NCBI GenBank assembly: GCA_000934665.2
Contig: KZ538170.1
Span: 62,001-108,665, forward strand
Source of the DNA: Catajapyx aquilonaris
Lineage: Eukaryota
DNA length: 46,665 bases
Reading direction: 5' to 3'
Part shown: in pieces, positions 31,373 through 42,600 of the stretch
How positions within the stretch are numbered: the first letter of the stretch is position 1
Layout of the letters: the number at the start of each line of letters is the position of its first letter
Program-made: the position numbers and the translations under genes
The notes under the pieces: generated by a model
What the model was told of the DNA's origin: nothing
Seen by the model: only the letters and a program-made list of their open reading frames with translations
The model's database searches: none

Positions 31373-34302
31373 ACCTAGGTGCATGTAGTTATATAGTTAC
31401 CACCGGTTCAAGAATGGCAGGACACAACAGGTTAGCTATACTCTTGCGGTCAGGGACACACGTTGGACTCAAGTTACCAAATTTTGGCACTTTTAGTTAA
31501 AAATAATGCAGTTTATACTAACTTAACATGCTCACAGACCAGTCGTGTATGTGACTGATCTTTCTGCATTTTTTCCCCCTTCGTATGAACAGCAGCAGCA
31601 GGTTTTCAACCTGAGAATTTTCATGAGTGACGTGCATAAGCTTGGAAGATTTTTCTTGCACACTCCTCTCTCACGTCTTTTATGAAAATGAATCCTGCTG
31701 AGTTTGTGGAGAGCTTTGTTTGGTATGCTTTTTAAATATGAGTAAAGAGAGTTGAGACGAAGGCGGCTTTCATCATCATGCATCCACAGCTTTTCTTCTT
31801 TTTTATATAGCGTGAATGAAATCTGACTATGCAGCTACAGTGCGGTATCAAGTTTTGGAATGCAGCCTCGCTTCACCTATAGAAAGGGGCTTTCAAAAAA
31901 TATATAAAATTAAAAAAAGCGAGCATCGTATAAGCTCCCCTCCAAGATACGCTATCACCACGTATAAGCCGCCAGAAGTCAATCGGAAACCAATTTTTGG
32001 TATGGAGGAAAAGCCGATAGTCGCTTTGGTGTATAGCTCTAAGGAAACGCTTATCAGGAAAAAACTGCACTGTTGTTTAATGCAATGCGATTTTTTTTTC
32101 TTTTGGAAAACACTACTTATTGCACAGTACTTGATCCTGTAAATTGTAGTGGTTGATCATAGAAACATTAATTCGGTTGAATAGCACAGTTTTCTGCCTG
32201 ATTACTGCTGGGATATCACTTTTGGTTAACACTGTGGAAATTACAAAACTGAAGCACTTGTTGGAGATCACTTACTTTTAGCTGATTAGCCTTTGATGTG
32301 CTGTTAGCATGTTTGCAATACTCGCTTCATCATTATTTTTGCACAATGTTAATCAACATTGAATGTCATCATACGCTGAACACACATGTGGAAACATGTA
32401 GAATAATTCAGCAATCTCTTGTGGGATGAGTTACGTACAAAAATGCAGAAAATGTGTTTTAATGAGTGTCTCCTTACACACAAAAAATAAGCGCAGAAAA
32501 AATGAGTACGATTTTTAAAATGCTCGATTTTTCCTCGTGTAATGCAGTGAATGTACAGTAGCCTACTACTAGACAGTACTGAGCACACCTGGAGAAACAT
32601 GTAGGCTAGAATAATTCAACGAGTTCGTGTGATATATGAGTTAGAGTTACATACAGAAACACAGACAATGTGTTAATTACTCCATCCTTGCACAAAAAAT
32701 AAATGTAACAAGTACATAAATAAAATACCATGAGAGTAACGACTAATGTGCGCCTGTAGGTCATACTACCGGTTGTACGAGGATGCTGTTGCAGAACTCA
32801 CAGGATAATCACTTTTCTCTGTAGCATCATGACAGGTAGATTATGCTGCCCTTGAATGTCAGATCTACAAAAAAAATCACTTCTTGACACAAATGACATC
32901 AGTTCAAAAATATGACCTATGAACCATTCAATTAGCTGAATGACACCAGCTCCATTTCGACTCCCCAAAAAAGGGAAATCTCTCTCTAGCCGTCAATTTT
33001 TGTCGTACTGTTTTCCGAGTCACTTGCTTCAGAAATGAAGGCTGTAATTCTTCTCTCTTCTTCTCCTCCATCCATGGAAGTGTCAGTTTGAAATCCTAGA
33101 TTCCTTCTCCAGACGACTCTTCTTCCGTTTGTTTTTTTTTCTTCTTCTGGTCCTGTGTCTCCAGGGACATCAAATCGAAATGGTAGCAAATGTACTATCA
33201 AGGTCTAGCAGCCACGATTTTTTTATTATTTGGGAGACAATTTGAAGGAAATGTATTCCCAGGGTAGTTTACATTCTGGAGCTTTTACAACAGATTTTCA
33301 CAAAATGTATTTATTTTGCAATTGAACACAGTTGACTACAATTTGCAAAAACCAGTAGCAATTGAGGTAAAAAAAAAACCAGTTGATGTTCTGAAATGAT
33401 AGAACTAGTCTGTGGGGCCCACTTGCCCTTTCTTTTCCAAGCCAGTACGTACATACATTTTTTTTTGAAGCCCTTTCTATTGAAACCATTGAAAGGAGTT
33501 TCCTCTCAGAAAGTCTCTTGCTCTCTTGGCTTCTTTCAGATGCTGACAAAAGAGAGGGCAACTTAGATGGAAATCAATGCTCCTTTTTTTTGTGCAGAAT
33601 CTGTCAATGGAAAATTTCACACATGAAAAAGTTTCCCCTTCACTTTTTATATGGGGGGTTATCATGCGAATCCAACAGAATGCAAAACTTGCCAAAAAAA
33701 ATTATTCTCAGTCATTTAGTATGTGTGTGTGTGTGTGACATGACTTCTTGTGAACCCGATACGTCTTTACCCGAGACCCTGACTTGAATATTGGATTACA
33801 GGACTTGCCAATTGAATTTCATCACTTGAAAGCACCGGAAAGTGCGGTCCTATACTACCCTCCTCCTTGTATTTTCCTCCTTCTCCTTTACATCTTTTTT
33901 TTTTCCTTTCTTCTTCTTCCAAGTTGAGGGGAGCACCCGAACCAGAAAATGTTCCTGTTCGAGAGAGACTTCAAAGGACTTGTCACCAAAATCGAAGTTT
34001 AAATGGAAAGACCTCAAAAAAATCACTGGGTCTTGATGCAATTATATTTTAACGGAGCATAAAACTCTGCCGGCATTTTTCGCTTTTTTGTGAAATTTAA
34101 AACTCCCAAAGTCTGTGTGTTTGTACCACTTCCGATTAAAACACCTTTCATGTACGACATGCCCGCAGCTAAAAATATATTCCTGCATCTCAATATTACC
34201 AACTTTAACCTCAGACGTTGTAGCATGTGCGCAATTGTGCATATTGCAAAAAATAGATGAGCCCACACTCCTAATTTAATTCCCAGCACTTGGTTACTTC
34301 CA

Positions 34303-35426
34303 TTATTTTTTGGACGGCATTTGAGGATTTTCCTCTGCTTCCGGTGTGTAACTTGACTTGTGCGGTGCGTTGATTGATGGTGGCGGCATGTCTGATGGCT
34401 GCTCTTCACTTATGGAATGGAACTGGTTTTTAATGCCGGTATCTCCAGGCTTCCATCCGGAAGGGCAACCTGCGCAACAATTCAGGTTCAGGTTGTCGCA
34501 AAGATTCAGGAGATTATCTACAATAATAATCAGATTCTAAGTACAGTGAATTCTACGATGCGTACCTGCATCATGTGTGTCTGAGTACTGGTAGGCCTGC
34601 ACCAGTCGCAAGGTTTCATCCACGCTTCTTCCAACCTGGCAGTCGTTGATCGTGATCTGCTTGAGGATTCCCAGGTGATTGATGATGAACAGAGCCCTGA
34701 AAGATACCCCATCCTGCTCGCTATATATGCCGTACACTTTGCTCAGCGCTCCTGTTTTGTCCGAGAGCACCGGAAGGTTCAGCCTGCCTACACCTCCCTT
34801 CTTCCTCGTCGTGTCGATCCAAGCCTCATGGCTCCAGTGGCTGTCAGTCGAGCAAGCCACAACCTCGCATCCAATCTGCCTGAATTCATTCACCCTCTCG
34901 GAGAAGGCGATAATCTCAGTTGGACACATGGTCGCACTGGAAAATAATGGGTGAGTCAGCAGCCACATTACAAAGTTGTCGCTCATTAGGACAAACCAGT
35001 AGATCGTTAATACCAATCACACAAAATATACCGTATTTGACAGCATTTCAGCAGATCATATTCAGGAAAAAAGCTCATATAAGACGCATTGTTCAAGCCA
35101 ATTTTTGGAGGAAAAAAAAATGTGTCTTATATGTTATCAAGTACGGTATTGCCTTCACTCTATGGAAAATTAGCTGCAGCGAATTATTTCCTTTTCATGA
35201 TGCACTGTACAGTAATGTCAAGTGCAAAAATTGAACAAAATATTTTTCAACGCCGCATGTCAGCTAAAAATTATGTGACGTTAGAAACTTACAAGTCTCG
35301 TGGGAAGAAGAAAAGTATGAGGTATTTTCCGAGGTAGTCGTCCAGACTGACATCATTGTACCTTCCGTTTATTAGAGCGGAACCTCTGAAGAATGGTGCT
35401 GGCTGATTGGGCAAAAGGAGTCGCAT
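34303..35426 (-). CDS. Divergent typical 2-Cys peroxiredoxin (AhpC/Prx1 subfamily), 223 aa; exons 35426-35293, 34936-34566, 34469-34303
   Basis: [99 protein letters not shown], then an acidic/Pro-rich tail. GT-AG introns with matching phases; exons 1 and 3 are not in the ORF track. Confidence 0.88.
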
Positions 35427-35885
35427 GTTGTTCTGCTATGGTTCACTTCTGTAAAAATAAAATGGAAGGTCACAAGTTGCAAACAAATGTTTCAAATAGC
35501 CTGAACACTATGCAATCATACATGTAAAATTTGTCAAGTTGTTACTATCCCAAATAGAAGTCTGATTTCAGTTCCTGTTTCCACGGAAATTCTTTCCTTT
35601 CGCTAACTCAGGTCATGACAACAATGTTTTGTTTACACAGCAACCGCGTCATAGAAACAGTTCCAAACATCATAACGTTCCAGTGTTTGGCACAAGCTGG
35701 ATTCAACTTTATTCGGCCCGATAGACCTGGCCTGATCGGCCAGAATTCACATCTAAATTCACAGTAAACCATCAAAAATTTACAAGTGTAAACTCATATT
35801 TTGTAAGTACATTATAACGCTTTCAAATTACTGGCTCTAATGCAACTCTTTCAGATCCGGAACCAATTAATCGCAATAGTCCACG
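35427..35885. promoter_or_regulatory. Putative bidirectional promoter of the peroxiredoxin pair, with X-box-like and forkhead-like motifs
   Basis: 459 bp lie between the divergent ATGs. Motifs: GTTTCCACGGAAAT (35577-35590), GTTTACACAGCAAC (35631-35644) overlapping TGTTTAC, CATGACAAC and CATAGAAAC. Acceptor-like sites near 35450 (minus) and 35854 (plus) suggest 5'-UTR introns. Confidence 0.5.
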
Positions 35886-36766
35886 ATGACGACCCAGGAA
35901 AATTACGTGTTGTCGTATGCACCCGGGGGTCACAATGTAAGCCCTGCATATCCCGCTGAGCCACATCTTAACTTCAAACCAGTGAGTAATAAAGCAACAT
36001 CAAAATGTGCTGACAGCTTAATTATTATTAATTTCCAGAAAGTTGAAAGGCCGCTGATTCAGCCGAACCAGCCTGCACCGGATTTCAAAGGTCCCGCACT
36101 GGTCAATGGAATGTTCAAAGACGTGAGCCTGGCCGACTACCGAGGGATGTACCTGGTCCTGATCTTCTATCCGAACGACTTGTAAGATGCGCATCACTAC
36201 AGCATTGGCGTGATGTATAATCTTGTTGGAACATTCCAGCTCGTTTGTGTGTCCCACGGAGCTAATCGCTTTCTCTGACCGAGTTGAGGAGTTCCGGCAG
36301 CTTAACTGCGAGGTGCTGGCCTGCTCGACTGACAGCCACTTCAGCCATTTCGCCTGGTGCGGCACACCACGTCGGCAGGGCGGACTGGGCAAGATGAACA
36401 TACCTATCCTGTCGGACAAAACCACCGAGATCAGCCGGTGCTACGGTGTGTACTTGGAGAGCCAAGGAGTCGCTTTCCGTGGCTTGTTCATCATCGACGA
36501 CAAGAGCAGGCTGAGACAGATCACAATCAACGATCTGCTGGTTGGACGAAGCGTCGAGGAGACCCTGAGGCTGGTCCAAGCCTGCCAGTTCACAGACAAG
36601 CATGGAGAAGGTACTTTCTTGCAGCAATCATATGAGTACGCAACATAACCGTATTTCTTCTCCGCTTGCAGCATGCCCCGCTGGATGGAAGCCTGGAGAA
36701 AAGACGGTGAAGGCGAACATCCCAGGACTCAGGGATTATTCTGGAGAGGAATTTCATCACATGTAG
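35886..36766 (+). CDS. Typical 2-Cys peroxiredoxin (AhpC/Prx1 subfamily), 234 aa; exons 35886-35981, 36039-36181, 36240-36610, 36672-36766
   Basis: [81 protein letters not shown]. Introns of 57, 58 and 61 bp; AATAAA at 36790. Confidence 0.92.
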
Positions 36767-36816
36767 GTCAAGCAAAAAAATCGGAAGGCAATAAATAAAG
36801 GGTCGCAAATGCGAGT

Positions 36817-38619
36817 TTATTCTTGGAGCTTGGTGCGGAGTATCTTGGCTCCTTGAGTTTTTTGGGACGCCAGTTCGGACATCAATGGTGATGTTTTGGT
36901 GCGGACCAGATCGACTATTGGCTCCACTTCGGTCTCCAGCATACTGCAAATGAATCATTAATTGTAGACAAATTTGAAGACAAAGTGTAAAATTATTGCG
37001 ACTTACCAGACAAGAATGAAAGCACCTCGATTGCATGATACCCATTGCTTCAGAGCTTCTGGTGATACGGAATTTAGCAGTACGAGGCTGAAGAAGTCGG
37101 AGCTGGCCGTCTTGTCCGCTTTGATTATCTTCTTCAGCATCATGTGTCCTGCGGGACCCTCGATTGGGTTTGATGGATCATTGGGATCTGATGGCTGGGT
37201 AGCCCACTCTGCAAGAGCGGACAAAGCGGCAGGTCGGCCTGGACCAAAGCAGTGTGTGAAGACAGCGGACGTTAGAAGCATGATTGCGTTTGTGGACGTC
37301 CATAGTGAAATGTCGGATGCAACCGAGTCGAGTACGGGCTTGCAGACAGGGGCTAGAAGCTCCGAACGGCGGATTGCTGTGTCTTTTTTCGAGTGCTCGT
37401 TACCATCGCCTTGTTTCAGTATGGCAACAATGTCAGCATGGAAAAACGCCGGATCTCGAGGCGATATAAAGTAAAGCAGGACTTTGCGCGAGTAATCATT
37501 AGTCACAACCTGGCTCAAGTCGGACAGGAACTCGGACAAGATAACTTTCTTCACCAGAACAGTGTCGTCGATACAATCCGCAAGAGCCAGCAATACCATA
37601 TGACCATGCTCTTCCGCACTTATTTTCACCACATGTGTCTTGAAGGACTTGACAATTGCTTTCCGATCCTTCTTGTTTCCGTGCCATAAGCACATCATTG
37701 CGACACGTGCACCATCCTTAGTGTGAATCATATGTGGAAGAGAATTCGACAATGATTCAATCATATCGGATCTGTCTTTCAAATCGCATGCGGTCAGATA
37801 CTCGTGCAACAGGTTATGCAACAGACTCGGGTAGTACAGCTCTTTGTCAATCATGTGCTGGATCTGTTCACGCATGAAACGCAAGATAGACGGACGTTCA
37901 GACGGCTCCTTTTCGATGGCATCACGGACTGAACGTATTTCCGGATCTTTAAACACACGGAACTTGACCCCGTAATATTCCTGCCGCATCAATGCACGCT
38001 CCTTCGACGTCGCAAACTCATTGTACGCATCTTCAACGACTGATGCTGCCATCTTATGCCGCATGAGCTCCGCGACGTGCCCAGAAAACGCCTGAATAAC
38101 AGTCTGCTTCTGCTCTTTAGTCCCGTGCTTAATCATCTTGGGAACCATAAAATGGGCGTACTTTGACTTAATCATCGTCATCAACTGCGGCTGAAGCTCT
38201 GAAAAAAGGGCTGTCCGGACCGCCTCGGACGCAACAGACACCAAGCACTCAATGACTCGAGCCGTGTCATGCGAGTACGCCAGCTCCGTCGCCTTCCCTC
38301 GTATCATCCCATACAGTTCGTTGGACAACTGCTCTCGTCTACCCTTCCGGCAGTCGTCTCGCCTCAGTTCTTCCCATATCTTCTTCGATTTGACAGACAG
38401 CTCGTAGGTCGCCCCTCTATCTTGTTGCTTCCGCTGAAGCTTCAGGTCCTTATGCTTCTTCTGAACCGCCTTCCAATCAACCTTCGCCTGTTTAGCGTCA
38501 GTCTCCGCCTCACCATCGTCGTCAAACTTGCGTTTCACACTCTTCTTAAGTCCACCTTCGTCCTTCGCACCTTTCAGCTTCTTCTTCATCTTCTTCGAAG
38601 CATCAGGTTTAACTCCTGC

Positions 38620-38667
<48 letters not shown>

Positions 38668-38924
38668 TATTTTTATTCTGATCGCTACGTCAGCTTATAA
38701 CTTTTTTTTACTTTAATTTTTTTGGCATAGTACATGCACATTTAATATTAAATATTTAAGCTTTTATGCGCAGTAGAAAGTACTTGTGGCGTACTGCGCT
38801 ACATGCGCTCTACATTACAAACAACTTTTGCACTGTAAAGTGTATGTATTCGTGCTCCAAATCGTTCAGACAAAGTAAAAAGGATGCAGGATACACTACC
38901 TGAACCCTTGATTTTCTGAAGCAT
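36817..38924 (-). CDS. PUM3: Pumilio homolog 3 / Puf6 / penguin (Puf-A-type nucleolar RNA-binding protein), about 586 aa; exons 38924-38900, 38615-37007, 36943-36817
   Basis: Lys-rich N-terminus, KKIWEELRR, AYSHDTARVIE, KSKYAHFMV.KM.KHG, HTKDGARVAM.CLWHG.KKDRK.IVKSFK, DCIDDTVLVKK (CPL region), SKKD..IRR.ELL, NRGAFILV|CMLE..GAKIL..KL. Phases are consistent; the short first exon is less certain. Confidence 0.92.
38620..38667. repeat. (TAA)n microsatellite abutting the PUM3 splice acceptor
   Basis: About 16 TAA units directly next to the minus-strand acceptor at 38616-38617. Confidence 0.95.
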
Positions 38925-39425
38925 GGCTCTAAAAAATTCAGCAAAACCTTCAGAACGATAAAAATTCTTCTCGGGCCATGTGCCACAAGATGGCCGACTA
39001 AACAGCGGAACGTTCCGGTGTCTAAACCACCCCCCTCCCGTTCCTTTCGTCTAAACCAGTTCCTTGTGTCATCCAAATCGGACCAAATTTTATCCTAATA
39101 AATTATTATGATTATGATTTTACACTTTTCATCGATAATATTATTTTAGAGCGTGCTTGGAGCGTGGCTAGTGATTATTGATGTGTTGACAGCGTTTGGG
39201 CGTGGACCACTCGTGAATGGAACACTTTGCATTGATCCACTTTTATTCCTTCCCAGCACATTGACCTCTGACCCCCTGTCAACTGGTAATGTACACCATC
39301 AGGTCAGTCTCTCCTTCTTTATAGGTACAGGGTACATATTTTTAAATCGAGCTTTTCCTGCTGACCTACATGCTCTTCCAGATGGACAGCTTGAATGGAA
39401 AGCCGCATCATCAGGACAGCTCATC
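38925..39425. promoter_or_regulatory. Putative bidirectional promoter PUM3/Wsck
   Basis: About 500 bp between divergent ATGs; YY1/Pho-like CAAGATGGCCG (~38986) and DRE-like CATCGATA (39130). Confidence 0.5.
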
Positions 39426-39651
39426 ATGATGTGGCTCCTCAGAGCGGCTCTGCTGCTGGTCTGCCCAGTGCTCTGGGCACACGCTGGTAAGCCCATTCAC
39501 ACCGGGAACCGGACCGGTTCCAGAACAGGCCCACTTGTCGCATGGTCGCCAACGCACACTGTCGAGAAGGTGGCACATAGGCACTAATAGGCAGTGATAG
39601 CGGTTGGCACCTACGACAAATATGGGTTGGCTACCCTGCTCCAGATAGAGC

Positions 39652-39689
<38 letters not shown>

Positions 39690-42600
39690 ATTTCATGTAA
39701 TTATATAAAAAGTTTTGTTTGTCCATGGCAACTGACATGGCAGTGTTTTACCTTAACTATTTTTCCATGGCAACTGGCATGGCAACATGTTACCATGGCA
39801 ACTACCATGGTAACTGGCATGGCAACATTTTCACATGACAACTGACATGGCAACTACCATGGCAACTGACTACCATGGTAACTGGCATGGAAACGTTTTA
39901 CCATGGTAACTGGCATGGCAACTGACGTGGCAACATTTTCACATGACAACTGGCATGGAAACGTTTTACCATGGCAACTACCATGGAAACAGATATATGG
40001 TACCAAATTGTGGCATTAGGCCATGCGAAGTTCTACTGCTATGTTCTGTAATATTGTAACAGTGAATTCATTGCACTGTAATAATTATTCTTCTATGACA
40101 GGTGATGGTGGGTCGTACGTCGGCTGCTTTAAGGACTCGCAGACGGCGCCGGATTTGCCGCATTCGGAGCGTGTCAGCGGGACAGTGACGGTCGATGCGT
40201 GCGTGACGAAATGTCGGCAGAGTTATTACCGGTAAGTCGTAATTGAGCAATTTCAGAGCAGTTCTGAGCGAGTTTGTGTGTTTTAGGTATGCGGGATTGC
40301 AGAATGCGTCGTTGTGCTTTTGCGGCAGCTCGTATGGCAATTACGGTCCAAGTACATGCAGCTTGAAGTGTAAGGAGTTGGAGTGTGGGGATGCCGGCGC
40401 TAATTCTGTGTATGAAACTGGGATGAACGTACCAGGACCTGTCGCTGAACTGTTTCAAGTACAGAACGGTCCGGATGCTGATGGGATTCAGATCCGATGG
40501 TTGGCGCCTGCTGCTCCGAACGGTGCAATTACCGGATACAAAGTGACAGCACAACCGGTCTTTACGTACGGTGGCGGGGAAGGCTCGGTGCCGACGCTGG
40601 AGTGGAGCTTCGCCAATGAAACAGGTCGTGGCGATTTAGTCGGGGTACGACCAGGGACTAAGTACAATGTGACGGTTTACTCCAAAAACGAGGCTGGTAT
40701 GGGCATTGGCGCATACAAGCTGTTATGGTCTGCAATTGGCGAACCAGAAGTACCTACGGCGCCTGAGATCATACGTGTTGAAAACGGGCTGATTGTGGTA
40801 CGCCTCAGCCCGGTAACACCTCGCAACGGACCAATCTCCGCCTACAGGATCATAGTAATTAACGAGGAAACTCCAAAGCAGTTGGACGAATCGCAGCTTA
40901 AGTCGCACGCCGATGCTGAAACCGAAGGAATACCGTTCTACATAGCAGCGGAGTTTGCGCCGGAAGATTTCCCCAGAGAGTTCACAGTCGGCGATGGCCG
41001 CCAGTATGGAAAGTATGACAATCCTGCCCTACCAGCCGGGAAAGACTTTCATGTCACATTGCAGGTAAGTACTTTCCAATCACTGAACATTTAGAGTACT
41101 GATGATGTGCCATTTTAGGTGATCAGCCAGCAGGATGGGGTGACCAAGACTTCGTTTGCGTACGTATCGCATGAGCAGCACAGCAAAGGAGTGGTGTACC
41201 TCGGGCCGCCACGTACTGAAGACCATGATTCGTCGTCTACTAGCGATGAGCATGAGACCACCATTATCGTCGGGAGCGATCCGATGCTCATACTGGGCCT
41301 GTCCGTCGCAATTGGCGTGTTCGGCTTCCTTCTTCTAGCGTCCGTCATTGTGTATGTGTGCCTCCGACTTCACTACGGTCGACGTAAGCGGCGACAAGGC
41401 AGCGAGAACCAGGAGTTGACAGTCCAAGGTCCTATGGTTGAGATCGAAGATAATGGTTACGTACACACTGGACTGGTGTTGGGCGACGAGGAAGGACCAG
41501 TTGACCATTATGACCGGTTGAGGTCGCAGGTTACGACCTTACCACGTGGTTCACTCGTAATGGAGCAGGTTTTGGGCCGCGGCCAGTTTGGACCTGTCTT
41601 GCGTGGTACTTTGACAGTTCAGCGAGGTGGTGGGCATACGGAGGTGGCGCTGTATGACGTACCGGATACAGTGGAGGACAAACAGGGCGTACTGCATGAC
41701 CTGGATACGCTGGTGCGAGTCGGATTTCATGGGAATATTGTGACGCTTCTGGGGATCTGCGAGGAGCCGGATCATCTGTACGTTGTGACCGAACATCATC
41801 CAGCGAGTCTCAAGGACATGTTGGTTGAAAGCCGGTGAGTACACATGCAGTATGGTGTCATTCCGGTGCTAATTGTCGAATTACAGGTATGAGTCGCATG
41901 GCCGCTTTTGCACTTTGGACGAAGCGGCACTTCTGGACATCGCTCGTGGTATTGCCATGGCGATGGATTACCTCTCATCGCTGCGGGTGGTCCACAACTT
42001 TCTGCAATGCCGGAGCGTGCTTATGGCGGACGGGTCAACCCCTAAGGTGACTGGGTTTGGTCTCGCTCAGTACAGACGAAGCGGCGAGGGTGTACGTGAC
42101 CTGACTCGCTGGACATCCCAAGAAGTATTCCGCAGTCGCCTCAACACCTCGGCCAAGAGCGACGCTTGGTCCTTCGGGGTTCTGCTTTGGGAAATCGCGG
42201 CCCTGGGAGGGACACCGTACGCAGAGGTCAAGACGAAGGACGTACCGATGCGGGTAACACGAGGACTGAGACCCGAGCAGTTAGCGTACGTCGGGGATGA
42301 CCTGTACCAGCTGATGCTGCAGTGCTGGCAGATTGATCCGGACGAACGGCCAACATTCAGCGAAGTCGCATCCGTCCTGGAGAATTTGTGTTTGGAGAGT
42401 GCTGTACGTTTCATCAATTATTACTTATTTTTGAATATTAATTGGAATTTAACTAACGGTTTATTTAGTAATTTGCATCGATTATTTTAATAATAATTAT
42501 TTTTTATTATTGATCAATTATTATTCATTTATTATTCATTGATTGATGCATTTTATTTATGAATTATTGATTAGTAATTTATTAGTAGGTTATCTAGTCT

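Noticed and set aside
32986..34052. Charged short ORFs (e.g. KKKKGKKK, EEEKK)
   Set aside because: Derived from purine/pyrimidine tracts; no consistent exon chain or homology.
39723..39990. CRISPR-like array
   Set aside because: Eukaryotic intron; 9-bp cores with 3-7-bp linkers, no unique spacers and no cas genes.
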